Shown: positions 20,340 to 29,936 of the stretch, piece after piece
Numbering within the stretch: the stretch's first letter is position 1
Layout: each line of letters begins with the position of its first letter
Source: Alphaproteobacteria bacterium
GTDB taxonomy: Bacteria; Pseudomonadota; Alphaproteobacteria; JAPOUT01; G958296285
Direction of reading: 5' to 3'
Assembly (NCBI GenBank): GCA_965212115.1
Contig: CBDBUR010000002.1
Location: 817,658-881,657 of the forward strand
Length of the DNA: 64,000 nt
Made by a program: the position numbers and the translations under genes
Notes under the pieces: model-generated
Databases searched by the model: none
What the model was told of the DNA's origin: nothing
Seen by the model: the letters and a program-made list of their open reading frames with translations, nothing else

Positions 20340-21239
20340 TTATGGCAGCTCATTGAGATTATTGGCGACTTGCTGCCGCGCGGCAACAATAGCGATCAAA
20401 CAAGATAAAGAAGGTATCAGCGCCAAAGCGGCGTAATCGACGGGATCAAGTTTGATGTTAATTGCCGATAGGCTTAAAGAATCGGGGATAAAGCGCCAGA
20501 GCTGTGTAGCGAGAAAAAAGCTCACCGCCGCGCCCACCGCGCCGACACAGCCGGTCAACAGGCCCAAGCGAAAAAAATATCCACGGAAAGAAGAAATGAT
20601 AAAAGAATCTTCAGCGCCGATCAAGTGGAAGATATTGACCAATTCGCGGTTGGCATCGATCGTTGCGCGCGCAGCCAACCCGACGACAGCGGCCATACAT
20701 CCTAAAGCGGCGAGCAGCACCAATCCGGCTAAAATCTGAAACAAAAGCGCCCACCGGCCGATCGCATCGCGCCAGCGTCCATGGTCTTCGAGCTGAGCTT
20801 CGGGCATAATTTTTTCAATTTGTTGAACTAAAGCGGGCTTGTCTAATTTGATTCCTTTGTGCAGCGTGATGTCGACGAGGTCGGGCACGGGCATATGAGC
20901 GATGTCGGTATTTTCGCCGAGCCAAGGGGTGAGCAAAGCGGAGATTTCCTCTTCGGGCACGAGACGAACTTCTTGGATGGCGTGCTGACTTTTGAGCGTA
21001 TTAATCACTTGAACGATTTTTTTATTGCGGCGTTCGGTTTCGAAGTCATCATCAGCGGCGGGGATATAGAGGCTCATTTTGAGCGCGGCTTGATCGTGCC
21101 AGACATTGACCCAGCGCCCGACACCCATCGCGCTCGCAAGCGCGCAGGCGGCGAGATAGCACATGATGATCGCCACACCCGCAAGAGGTCTGGTGACCGG
21201 CGCGCGCATACGCACGAGGTCAAAGCCTGGACTAGCCAT
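20340..21239 (-). CDS. ftsX: Cell division permease FtsX
   Basis: 4-TM layout, LLTPWLG, HLIGAED; follows ftsE. Confidence 0.85.
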   Translation of the reverse strand: MASPGFDLVRMRAPVTRPLAGVAIIMCYLAACALASAMGVGRWVNVWHDQAALKMSLYIPAADDDFETERRNKKIVQVINTLKSQHAIQEVRLVPEEEISALLTPWLGENTDIAHMPVPDLVDITLHKGIKLDKPALVQQIEKIMPEAQLEDHGRWRDAIGRWALLFQILAGLVLLAALGCMAAVVGLAARATIDANRELVNIFHLIGAEDSFIISSFRGYFFRLGLLTGCVGAVGAAVSFFLATQLWRFIPDSLSLSAINIKLDPVDYAALALIPSLSCLIAIVAARQQVANNLNELP

Positions 21240-21925
21240 TAGTTTTGCTCCTCATAGGCTGTTGCGCCACCGATCAGGCGGCCTTGTTCGAGATGCATGA
21301 TTCGCGCTTTGAATTCGAGCGCGCGCTTGGGGTCGTGGGTGGCGATTAAAACGGCGGTGCCGAGGCGATTGAGCTCGGTCAGAAGATGAAGCAGCCGCTC
21401 GGCCATCAGCGGATCGACGCTGCCTGTGGGCTCGTCGGCGATGACGAGGTCGGGCTGCGCGGCGACAGCGCGCGCGATTGCAACGCGCTGTTTTTCTCCG
21501 CCGGACAAGGTGGGCGGATAGGCGGTTTCTCTGCCGCCGAGTCCGACCCATTCGATCAGGTCGCGGACATCTTTGCGAAAGTTTTTTTCGCGCTGGCCGG
21601 ATATGCGCAGAGGCAGCATCACATTTTCATAGACTGTGGCGTGATCGATGAGGCGAAAATCTTGAAAAATAACTCCGATGCGGCGGCGCAACATAGAGCG
21701 CTCATGGCGCGCTAGAGTGGCAACATCATGACTAAAGAGGGTAATCAATCCACGGGTCGGATTTTGCGCAAGAAAAAGCAGGCTCAGCAGAGTGGATTTG
21801 CCGGCGCCTGAAGGTCCGGTCAAGAAGCAAAAGTCGCGCTCTTCAAGCGAGAAGCATATATCTTTGAGCACTTCATCACCGCTGCCATAGCGCATCCCGA
21901 CCATATCGCATTTAATCAGACTCAT
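21239..21925 (-). CDS. ftsE: Cell division ATP-binding protein FtsE
   Basis: GPSGAGKS, VIFQDFRL, LSGGEKQR, ADEPTG. Confidence 0.92.
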   Translation of the reverse strand: MSLIKCDMVGMRYGSGDEVLKDICFSLEERDFCFLTGPSGAGKSTLLSLLFLAQNPTRGLITLFSHDVATLARHERSMLRRRIGVIFQDFRLIDHATVYENVMLPLRISGQREKNFRKDVRDLIEWVGLGGRETAYPPTLSGGEKQRVAIARAVAAQPDLVIADEPTGSVDPLMAERLLHLLTELNRLGTAVLIATHDPKRALEFKARIMHLEQGRLIGGATAYEEQN

Positions 21926-21931
21926 TTGACT

Positions 21932-23200
21932 TTACTTTCGCTGCGGCTCGAGCCAGTCGGGGATTTGATCGCGTGCAATCATTTGTTGGTAGTCAAGGCG
22001 CGGACGGATCACAGCGAAGAGATCGCCATCAACCATGACTTCTGGGATCAGGAGTCGGCCATTATAATTTGACGCGAGCACGGCACCATAGGCTCCGGCC
22101 TGCATGATCGCGATGAGTGCGCCGGGCGGCTGCGGCGCGAGTTCAACATCACGCGCGATGATGTCGCCGGTTTCACAGACCGCGCCGACGATTTGGTAAA
22201 GTTTTTGCGTGTCATGATCTGATGAAACGACCGGCTCGACTTGATGATACGCTTCATAAAGGGTTGGACGTAAAAAATCATTCATGGCGGCGTCAACGAT
22301 CAGGAAATTTTGCCTGCCTGCGGGCTTGTCTTCTATCACTGAGGCGGCCAGACAGCCTGCTGCGCCAATCAGCGCGCGTCCGGGCGACAGCACGATATCG
22401 CAATCAAAATGCTGCGCGCATTTTTCGGCGATCGCGCCATAAAGCTGGATATGTGCGCGCAAATTTTGTGCGCCTTCAATGCCGAGTCCGCCGCCAAGAT
22501 CGAGCCTTTTGACCTCAAAACCGGCCTCGCGCAATGACAAAGTGAGCTGGCCGAGGCGTTCAAAGGCGCGGGCGAATATATTTAGGTCCATGATCTGGCT
22601 GCCAATATGCATAGCGAGGCCGAGCGGGTTTAGCCATTGACTTTGCTGCGCGCGCTGATAGAGCGGCAGCACACAATCAAAGGCGATGCCAAATTTATCT
22701 CTGGCGCGGCCCGTGGAGATTTTATCATGGCCACCGGCGTCGATATCGGGGTTGACGCGCAAAGCGATCGAAGCGCGGCAGTTCATTTCGGCGGCGAGGG
22801 TTTCAAGGCGCGCGAGCTCATTTTGTGATTCAACATTGATCTGCGCGATTTTATGTCTAAGCGCAAAGCGCAATTCTTGATCGGTTTTGCCTGCGCCGGA
22901 AAAGAAAATTTTATCAACGGCGATGCCTGCGGCCAAAGCGCGCTGCCCCTCACCTTCGGAGACGATATCGGCACCCGCGCCTTCAAGCGCGAGGCAGCGC
23001 AAGACCGCCTGATTGCCATTGGCCTTGATCGCATAGCTGATGGCCGCGCGCGGGCCTGCGGCTTCGACAAAGGCACGATAATTATTTCGCAGCGCGCGCG
23101 CCGAATAGACATAAAAAGGCGTTGTGATCTCGGCGGCGATATCGGGCAAAGCGACTTGATCGATATAAAGCGTTTGGTTTTTTCTAGAAAAAGCGTTCAT
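21932..23200 (-). CDS. lysA: Diaminopimelate decarboxylase
   Basis: TPFYVYS, YAIKAN PLP lysine, HIGSQ, CETGD, SNYN; start MNAFS at 23200. Confidence 0.95.
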   Translation of the reverse strand: MNAFSRKNQTLYIDQVALPDIAAEITTPFYVYSARALRNNYRAFVEAAGPRAAISYAIKANGNQAVLRCLALEGAGADIVSEGEGQRALAAGIAVDKIFFSGAGKTDQELRFALRHKIAQINVESQNELARLETLAAEMNCRASIALRVNPDIDAGGHDKISTGRARDKFGIAFDCVLPLYQRAQQSQWLNPLGLAMHIGSQIMDLNIFARAFERLGQLTLSLREAGFEVKRLDLGGGLGIEGAQNLRAHIQLYGAIAEKCAQHFDCDIVLSPGRALIGAAGCLAASVIEDKPAGRQNFLIVDAAMNDFLRPTLYEAYHQVEPVVSSDHDTQKLYQIVGAVCETGDIIARDVELAPQPPGALIAIMQAGAYGAVLASNYNGRLLIPEVMVDGDLFAVIRPRLDYQQMIARDQIPDWLEPQRK

Positions 23201-23415
23201 TGTTTTTGCTGTGGGGGTTTTTTTTGAGGCTTTTTTTTTGGTGCTTCGATGTTTTTCAGCAAGGAGTCGCGCCGATCTTTGGTTGTGCTTTGGACTTCGC
23301 CATGTTCTGGCGGCGGCGGCGCATAATCGGGCGGCGCAGTCAAGCTTCCCACTCGCCCGCACGCAACCAACATAGCCAACATAATACAAAAGAGTCCTAA
23401 ACAAAACCGCGCCAT
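23197..23415 (-). CDS. Small lipoprotein, LptM/YifL-like
   Basis: Lipobox LVAC then GRVGSLTAPP (CGxxGxLxxP); typical position between argH and lysA. Confidence 0.75.
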   Translation of the reverse strand: MARFCLGLFCIMLAMLVACGRVGSLTAPPDYAPPPPEHGEVQSTTKDRRDSLLKNIEAPKKKPQKKPPQQKQ

Positions 23416-23426
23416 CAATATTTCTC

Positions 23427-24815
23427 CTAATGTTTCCCCAGTTTTTTGAGCCAATCTTGAGCCGCCGCGCGCACATGATCGGGCGCGGTGCCGCCAAAAG
23501 AAGTTTTCGACCTCACGGATAAATCAATGGAGAGGATTTTTTTTGCGTTGCCATCGATCAAAGGTGAGATTTTTTGCATATCCTCAAGACCTATCTCATC
23601 AAGAGCGATGTTCTGGCGTTCGGCCAAAACGACGAGCTGCGCGCTGAGACCATGCGCCACGCGAAAAGGAATGTTTTTCTCGCGCACGAGCCAATCCGCG
23701 AGGTCGGTCGCGGTTGGATAGCCACGCACAGCCATTTGACGCATAGCGATCGAGTTGATCTTCCATCCGTCGATGAGCGCGGTCATAGCGGCGAGGCAGA
23801 GTTCGACTTCATCCAAAGCGAGAAAGATCGCTTCTTTGTCTTGCTGCATATCTTTGGCATAAGCGAGCGGCAAGCCTTTCATCACGACGATCATATCGAC
23901 GAGCGCGCCGGTGATGCGTCCGGTTTTGGCGCGCACGAGTTCGGCGGCATCGGGGTTGCGCTTTTGCGGCATGATCGACGAGCCGGTTGAAAACGCGTCT
24001 TTGAGTCTGATGAAATTAAATCCGGGCGAGACCCATAGGATAATTTCCTCGCCGAGCCGCGAGAGATGGATCGCGCATAATGAAAGAGCCGCCAAGACCT
24101 CAATGACGAAATCCCGGTCGGAGACCGCATCGAGCGAATTGGCCGCAATGCGATCGAAGCCCAATTCTTGAGCGACCATGTTGCGATCGATCGGGAAGCT
24201 CGTTCCGGCGAGCGCGGCGGCACCGAGCGGGCTTTCATTGAGACGGGCGCGGGCATCATTGAGGCGGCCACGATCACGCGCGAGCATTTCGACATAAGCG
24301 AGGCAATGATGTCCGAAGACGATGGCTTGTCCTGTTTGGAGGTGGGTGAAGCCGGGCATGATCGTCTCGGCGTGATCGAGCGCCTGCGCAGCGAGAGATT
24401 TTTGCATACGCGCGATGGCGTAATCGAGCACATCGATGCGCTCGCGGATATAGAGTCGCAGATCGAGGGCGACTTGATCGTTGCGCGAGCGCGCGGTATG
24501 CAGCCGTCCGGCGATATCAGCGCCGACATGCTCGGCGAGGGCGGCTTCGACGTTCATATGGATGTCTTCGAGGTCGCGCGAGAAGGTGAAAGAGCCTTGT
24601 GAGATATCCTCTTCGATTTTGTCGAGGCCGTCGAGCAGGGCATTGAGGTCGGTCTGCGAGATGATTCCGGTCGCGGCGAGCATTTTGGCATGGGCGCGCG
24701 AGCCGACGATATCATGGCGATAGAGGCGTCGGTCGAAGTCGATGGAGACGTTGAGCGCATCCATCAATTGGTGAGTGCTTTCGTGAAAACGTGTTTTTCC
24801 GACATGCCGGTTCAT
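23427..24815 (-). CDS. argH: Argininosuccinate lyase
   Basis: EDIH, RSRNDQV, GSSIMPQKRNPD signature. Confidence 0.96.
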   Translation of the reverse strand: MNRHVGKTRFHESTHQLMDALNVSIDFDRRLYRHDIVGSRAHAKMLAATGIISQTDLNALLDGLDKIEEDISQGSFTFSRDLEDIHMNVEAALAEHVGADIAGRLHTARSRNDQVALDLRLYIRERIDVLDYAIARMQKSLAAQALDHAETIMPGFTHLQTGQAIVFGHHCLAYVEMLARDRGRLNDARARLNESPLGAAALAGTSFPIDRNMVAQELGFDRIAANSLDAVSDRDFVIEVLAALSLCAIHLSRLGEEIILWVSPGFNFIRLKDAFSTGSSIMPQKRNPDAAELVRAKTGRITGALVDMIVVMKGLPLAYAKDMQQDKEAIFLALDEVELCLAAMTALIDGWKINSIAMRQMAVRGYPTATDLADWLVREKNIPFRVAHGLSAQLVVLAERQNIALDEIGLEDMQKISPLIDGNAKKILSIDLSVRSKTSFGGTAPDHVRAAAQDWLKKLGKH

Positions 24816-24863
24816 GGGTTTAAGCCTTAGTTTGAGCCTTATGTGTAGGGATCAATATATGCA

Positions 24864-24888
24864 CATATAGATTTAGCATATAGATTTA
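24864..24888. repeat. Direct repeat CATATAGATTTA x2 in argH/pduO intergenic region
   Basis: Copies at 24864-24875 and 24877-24888, just upstream of TATAAT at 24899. Confidence 0.8.
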
Positions 24889-24964
24889 TCTCAGCGTGTA
24901 TAATGGCGGGATGAGGCTGGAAATGGCGGGGCTAGAATGGTAAAACTGAAATGGCCAGATTGAA

Positions 24965-25540
24965 ATGGTCAAACTGACATCGATCACGACGAAGACCGGC
25001 GATCAGGGGACGACGAGCTTAGGCGATGGGCAGCGTCGCGCCAAGCACGATCGGCGGATTGAGGCCTATGGCGCGGTTGATGAGGCCAACAGCGCGATTG
25101 GGTTAGCGCGGGCGCTGCTTGATGACGAGGCTCTAGAGGCTCTACTTGGGCGTATTCAAAACGATCTATTTGATCTGGGTGCCGATTTATGCGTACCGCC
25201 GCAAGGCGCGGGAGCGCGCCCTCGCGCGACGAGCCGCCATGCGGCTTTACGGATTGTGGCGGATCACACCGCGCGGCTTGAAGCTGATCTTGTTCGCTTA
25301 AACGAGGGGTTAGCGCCTTTAGATTCGTTTATTTTACCGGCGGGGTCGGCGGGGGTAGCGGCGCTTCATTTAGCGCGGACGATCACGCGCCGCGCCGAGC
25401 GGGCGATTTCGCTGCTCAAAGCCGACGACGAGGTCGGCGCGGAGGTGGTTCGCTATATCAATCGGTTATCGGATCTTTTATTTGTTATGGCGCGGTGTGC
25501 TGCGCGCGGGGCGGAGGAGAAATGGGTGCCCAAAGGATAG
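24965..25540 (+). CDS. ATP:cob(I)alamin adenosyltransferase (PduO type)
   Basis: TKTGDQGTT, YGAVDEANS, QNDLFDLG, RRAER, NRLSD. Confidence 0.92.
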   Translation: MVKLTSITTKTGDQGTTSLGDGQRRAKHDRRIEAYGAVDEANSAIGLARALLDDEALEALLGRIQNDLFDLGADLCVPPQGAGARPRATSRHAALRIVADHTARLEADLVRLNEGLAPLDSFILPAGSAGVAALHLARTITRRAERAISLLKADDEVGAEVVRYINRLSDLLFVMARCAARGAEEKWVPKG

Positions 25541-25633
25541 AGGGTTTGAGAATTTAATGACGCAAAGAAGTCGTCGTCATTTCCGCGAACGGGCGCGGCG
25601 GCGTGCTACTGGTCGATTTTCGCCGTTTTTAAG

Positions 25634-25662
25634 CTGACATTCGATCTGTTTTCTGCTATCAA
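25634..25662 (+). promoter_or_regulatory. Putative sigma70 promoter of rpmF
   Basis: CTGACA-17 bp-TATCAA with TGn extension. Confidence 0.45.
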
Positions 25663-25704
25663 GAGGCGAGCAAAAACAACCGGGTTCACAAGAGGGTTCA
25701 TCAA

Positions 25705-25902
25705 ATGGCAGTTCCACGCAAGAAAGTATCGCGGGCGCGGCGCGGCAAGAGGCGCTCAGGACATAGCCGCGCGCTGCCGGTCTGGAGCGAGGACAAAGAA
25801 AGCGGCGAGCTCCATCGGCCGCATCACATGACACCCGCGACCGGCGCGTGGCGCGGACACATCATTCTGCCACCCAAAGTCAAGAGCGAAGAGCCGGAAT
25901 AA
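25705..25902 (+). CDS. rpmF: 50S ribosomal protein L32 (Cys-free form)
   Basis: MAVPRKKVS..RRS..GELHRPHH. Confidence 0.93.
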   Translation: MAVPRKKVSRARRGKRRSGHSRALPVWSEDKESGELHRPHHMTPATGAWRGHIILPPKVKSEEPE

Positions 25903-25911
25903 TCAAAACAA

Positions 25912-26265
25912 ATGGCGCTCTTTTTTGATGAAAACTGGTTTGCGCAAAAATTATCCCAACGCGGACAAACCCGCAAAGATTTTTCCCGCGCCCTCGACAT
26001 GGACGACGAAGCGCTGGCGCTGATCTGGAAGGATCAACGCGCCTTGACGCCGCGCGAGCTGGCGCTTGCGGCGCAATTTCTCGGCGTTTCGCCGCAGGAC
26101 ATTCTCGACCACGCCGGACGCGGCGCGCTTCAAAAGCCCGACGCAGACAAGCGCGCGCGCGGCGACATTCACGCTCGCCTTGACGAAATCTCAGCGCGTC
26201 TTGAAGCTATAGAGCGCATTTTGGCCGATTTGAAACATATTATCCTCGCACAATTATCTAAATAG
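25912..26265 (+). CDS. Small putative XRE-like helix-turn-helix protein with C-terminal coiled coil
   Basis: TRKDFSRALDMDDEALALIWKDQR helix pattern; heptad-like C-terminus. Confidence 0.6.
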   Translation: MALFFDENWFAQKLSQRGQTRKDFSRALDMDDEALALIWKDQRALTPRELALAAQFLGVSPQDILDHAGRGALQKPDADKRARGDIHARLDEISARLEAIERILADLKHIILAQLSK

Positions 26266-26336
26266 ATATATCTAAATAAATAATTGCGTCCATCGAAATA
26301 GTTGAATCGAGCGCGCGCATGGATTATCTTAAAGGC

Positions 26337-26882
26337 ATGGCGATACGACCTCTGATTACCCTGCCCTCCGCGCTATTGCGCAAAGTGTCGAAGCCGGTGG
26401 ACGGCGTGGGCGCAGCCGAGCGGCAATTGATGGATGATATGCTGGAGACGCTTCATGCGGCTAATGGGATTGGCCTTGCGGCGATTCAGATTGGCATTGA
26501 CGCGCGCGTCATCGTGATTGATCTGGCGCGCGAAGAGGGCGACGAGCAAACCGAGCCATTTTATTTTGGCAACCCGGAGATCGTCTGGCAATCGCAGGAG
26601 ATGGCGTCTTATACCGAGGGCTGCTTATCTGTGCCGGAGTTTTTTGACGATGTTGATCGTCCGGCGCGCTGCCGTGTGCGCTTTTTGGATTATCACGGTG
26701 CGCCGCAGGAGATGGATTGCGACGGGCTGCTTGCCACTTGCATTCAGCATGAGATGGATCATCTTGAAGGGATTTTGTTCATAGATCATCTTTCACGTCT
26801 CAAGCGTGATCTTGTTTTGAAGCGGCTCAAGAAATCGGCGCGGCGCGCGAAGTTTGACCAGCCGAGCGGTGTCGCACTTTAA
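26337..26882 (+). CDS. def: Peptide deformylase
   Basis: GIGLAAIQ, EGCLS, QHEMDH. Confidence 0.96.
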   Translation: MAIRPLITLPSALLRKVSKPVDGVGAAERQLMDDMLETLHAANGIGLAAIQIGIDARVIVIDLAREEGDEQTEPFYFGNPEIVWQSQEMASYTEGCLSVPEFFDDVDRPARCRVRFLDYHGAPQEMDCDGLLATCIQHEMDHLEGILFIDHLSRLKRDLVLKRLKKSARRAKFDQPSGVAL

Positions 26883-27835
26883 TGCAGCCGAAAAAATTAC
26901 GGCTTGCTTTTATGGGAACGCCGGATTTTGCTTTACCGACATTGAAAGCTCTGATGGCCTCGAGCCATGAAATTGCGATGGTCTATGCGAAGCCATCCAA
27001 GAGATCGGGACGCGGCTTGAGCGCGCGCGCAGGCGTCGTAGCTGATTATGCGCGGCGACATCAATTGCCGCTGCGGCAGGCTTTATCGCTGCGGGCTCAA
27101 GAAGAGGAAAGTTTTTTTTCCGCTCTCAACATTGATGCGGCGATCGTCGCGGCATTCGGATTGATTTTGCCGCAGGCATTTTTATCGATTCCGCGGTTAG
27201 GCTGTTTGAATCTTCATCCGTCGCTGCTGCCGCGCTGGCGGGGCGCGGCGCCGATTGAGCGCGCGATCATGGCCGAAGACCGACAAACCGGCATCACCAT
27301 TATGCTGATGGATGAAGGCGTCGATAGCGGAGATATTCTCGCGCAGGAAAAAATGGACATCAACGATATGAATGTCGGACAATTGCGCGATGTGATGGCG
27401 CAAAAGGGAGCTCAGTTGATGATCGACACATTGGATAATTTTGCCGCTGGAAAAATCAGCGCGCACAAGCAAGATGATCGCCAAGCGATCCTTGCGCCGC
27501 GCCTGACAGCGGAAGATGAGAAGATCAACTGGCACAGATCAGCTCAAGAGATTCTTTGCCAGATCAGAGCGCTGTCGCCTCGCCCTGGGGCTTGGTTTTG
27601 TGTTGAGTCTCGCGGCAGCGGCGAGCCGACGCGCATTCGTCTGCTTGCGGCTGAGCGCGTTCATGGAATCAAGGGCGCAGCGGAAGGTGAGATTTTAGAT
27701 GAGGATCAAGCGATCATCGCCTGCGGATGTGGCGCTTTGAAATTGTTGACAGTGCAGCGCGCCGGAAAAAAAGTTATGGAGATTGATGATTTTCTTTTGG
27801 GGTTTCCTCTGCGTCGCGGCATGAAGTTAAACTAA
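26882..27835 (+). CDS. fmt: Methionyl-tRNA formyltransferase
   Basis: FMGTPDFA, NLHPSLLPRWRGAAPI. Confidence 0.96.
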   Translation: MQPKKLRLAFMGTPDFALPTLKALMASSHEIAMVYAKPSKRSGRGLSARAGVVADYARRHQLPLRQALSLRAQEEESFFSALNIDAAIVAAFGLILPQAFLSIPRLGCLNLHPSLLPRWRGAAPIERAIMAEDRQTGITIMLMDEGVDSGDILAQEKMDINDMNVGQLRDVMAQKGAQLMIDTLDNFAAGKISAHKQDDRQAILAPRLTAEDEKINWHRSAQEILCQIRALSPRPGAWFCVESRGSGEPTRIRLLAAERVHGIKGAAEGEILDEDQAIIACGCGALKLLTVQRAGKKVMEIDDFLLGFPLRRGMKLN

Positions 27836-27838
27836 ACG

Positions 27839-28636
27839 ATGCCGCGCTACCGCCTACTTATTGAATATGACGGGACAAAGTTTTGCGGCTGGCAATCGCA
27901 AAAGGAAGGGCGCAGCGTCCAAGATGAGCTCTCGCGCGCGCTTCATCTTTACTGCGCCGCGCGCGCGGTAATTTATGGCGCAGGGCGCACTGACAGCGGC
28001 GTTCATGCGCTAGCGCAATGCGCACACTTTGATCTCGATCAAGAAAAAGAGCCCTATGAATTGCGCGCGGCAATGAACTTTCATCTGCGCGGCAAAAAAA
28101 TCGCGATTTTGGCGGCAGAGAAAATCAGCTCTGATTTTCACGCTCGCTTCAGCGCCGAGAAAAGGCATTATATTTATGTAATCGCCAACCGCACAGCGCC
28201 GCCGATTTTGATGGCCGACCGCGCTTGGCATATTCCTCACAGGCTCGACGATGACGCGATGACAAAAGCGGCGCGATGTTTGATCGGACGACATGATTTC
28301 ACAACTTTCCGCGCGGCGGCTTGTCAAGCGGCTTCGCCGATCAAAACGCTCGACGCGCTCAGCATGACGCGCTATGATGAAATCATTGTCATTCGCGCGC
28401 GCGCGAAATCTTTTTTGCAGCATCAAGTGCGTTCTTTTGTCGGGGCGCTTGCCTTTGTGGGTCTGGGCAAGATGAGCTCAGATGACATGGATCGGATTCT
28501 CAAAGCCCGCGCGCGTGCTTTGTGTCCGCCGCTAGCGCCGCCCTCAGGGCTCTATTTAGCGCAGATTGATTATCCGCCGCCCTGCGCGCTTCAGCCGCGC
28601 GAGATAAACCCAATGCCCGACTTCTTTTTGAGGTAA
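27839..28636 (+). CDS. truA: tRNA pseudouridine(38-40) synthase
   Basis: YDGTKFCGWQ, GRTDSGVHA, FHARFSA, HDFTTFR. Confidence 0.96.
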   Translation: MPRYRLLIEYDGTKFCGWQSQKEGRSVQDELSRALHLYCAARAVIYGAGRTDSGVHALAQCAHFDLDQEKEPYELRAAMNFHLRGKKIAILAAEKISSDFHARFSAEKRHYIYVIANRTAPPILMADRAWHIPHRLDDDAMTKAARCLIGRHDFTTFRAAACQAASPIKTLDALSMTRYDEIIVIRARAKSFLQHQVRSFVGALAFVGLGKMSSDDMDRILKARARALCPPLAPPSGLYLAQIDYPPPCALQPREINPMPDFFLR

Positions 28637-28649
28637 AACCAATTCTAAC

Positions 28650-29936
28650 ATGAACCGCGACCAGCGCATTCTCGATCCGATTCACGGCCTCATCACTTTT
28701 GACCATGAGGACGTAACGGATCGTTTGGTCTGGGCTTTGTTGAATGACACGCCTTTGCAGCGTCTGCGACGGATCAAGCAATTGGGGTTTGCTGAGTTTG
28801 TGTTTCCGGGCGCGACGCACAGCCGGTTTTCCCATTCGATTGGGGTGTTTCACATGGCGCGCCGCCTGACAAAGCTCGTGAAGCGTCAATTGGGGCAGAA
28901 ATTTGACCCTGCGCGCGCGCAAGCGGCGCAAATTGCGGCTTTGCTCCATGATCTAGGTCATGGCCCTTTTAGCCATGCGTTTGAAAAAAGCGAAGCTAGA
29001 CGTTTGGGCAGCCAACAAAGATCTCATGAGAGCTGGACGATTGAAATCATCCAAAATGATCCGGACATTGCGCGCGCGCTTAATGAAAAAAGATTGCTGC
29101 AAGATGTCATTGAAATGATCGTGCCACATGGCCGGGGCGATCTTTATACTTCGATTGTTTCGAGTCAGTTTGACGCCGACCGATTAGATTATCTGCGCCG
29201 CGACCGCTATATGAGCGGCATTGGCTCAGGCGGCTTTGACTGCGACTGGCTGCTTGATTGTCTTGAAGTTGGGGCGGATGACACATTTTGTCTCAATCAC
29301 AAGAGCGCGCACAATGCTGAAGAATATCTGCTTGCGCGTTATAATCTTTATATTCTTGTTTATACGCATAAAACCAATCGCGCGGCGGAGATGATGCTCG
29401 CGGAGATTTTATATGATCTCGCGCAATATCCTGAGCGCAGCGGTCTTGCTGACGATCATCTGCTGCGGCGATATTATGAGAGTGACTCTTGCGCGTCTTA
29501 TTTGGCCTTAGACGATATGGTGATCTGGCATGCGCTTTGTGAGATGGCGCAAAAGGCCGAAAACCTAAGGCTGCGGCGCTTGTCGGCGGCGATTGTCGGG
29601 CGAAAGTTTTATAAAGCCTTTGATGTTGGACGGGCGGCAAAAGAAGAAGGCCGCGAAGATAGGCTTCAAGAATTTTTATCCTTGGTTGAGCAAGAGGCAT
29701 CAGCGCATGATTTTTTGATCGACGAGGCTGAAATCACAGCTTACGGCATAGATAAATCTATGGATAAGCCCAGTGAATTGCCGATCAAAATCAACCCAAA
29801 GGAAGGAGGCCAAGCGCGTGATATTCAAGAAATATCAAAGATCGTTGCGTCGATTCCGAAGAAGAGGCTTTGCCGCATCTATGCCGACGCGCAGCATATT
29901 GAATATGCGCGCAAATTGTGGCGCGAGATGTTTTAG
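28650..29936 (+). CDS. HD-domain phosphohydrolase, SAMHD1-like (putative dNTP triphosphohydrolase)
   Basis: DPIHG, QRLRRIKQLG, FPGATHSRFSHSIG, LLHDLGHGPFSH, DADRLDYLRRD, VYTHK. Confidence 0.85.
   Translation: MNRDQRILDPIHGLITFDHEDVTDRLVWALLNDTPLQRLRRIKQLGFAEFVFPGATHSRFSHSIGVFHMARRLTKLVKRQLGQKFDPARAQAAQIAALLHDLGHGPFSHAFEKSEARRLGSQQRSHESWTIEIIQNDPDIARALNEKRLLQDVIEMIVPHGRGDLYTSIVSSQFDADRLDYLRRDRYMSGIGSGGFDCDWLLDCLEVGADDTFCLNHKSAHNAEEYLLARYNLYILVYTHKTNRAAEMMLAEILYDLAQYPERSGLADDHLLRRYYESDSCASYLALDDMVIWHALCEMAQKAENLRLRRLSAAIVGRKFYKAFDVGRAAKEEGREDRLQEFLSLVEQEASAHDFLIDEAEITAYGIDKSMDKPSELPIKINPKEGGQARDIQEISKIVASIPKKRLCRIYADAQHIEYARKLWREMF

Noticed and set aside
23201-23497. N-terminal extensions in the ORF track (lysA here; likewise dapD, rpsT, cycM, TVP38, P1 peptidase)
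   Set aside because: They overlap neighbouring real genes; downstream starts match family N-termini
24816-24964. Cobalamin riboswitch upstream of the adenosyltransferase
   Set aside because: No B12-box or GGGAA/GCCACTG core visible; region is short and made of micro-repeats
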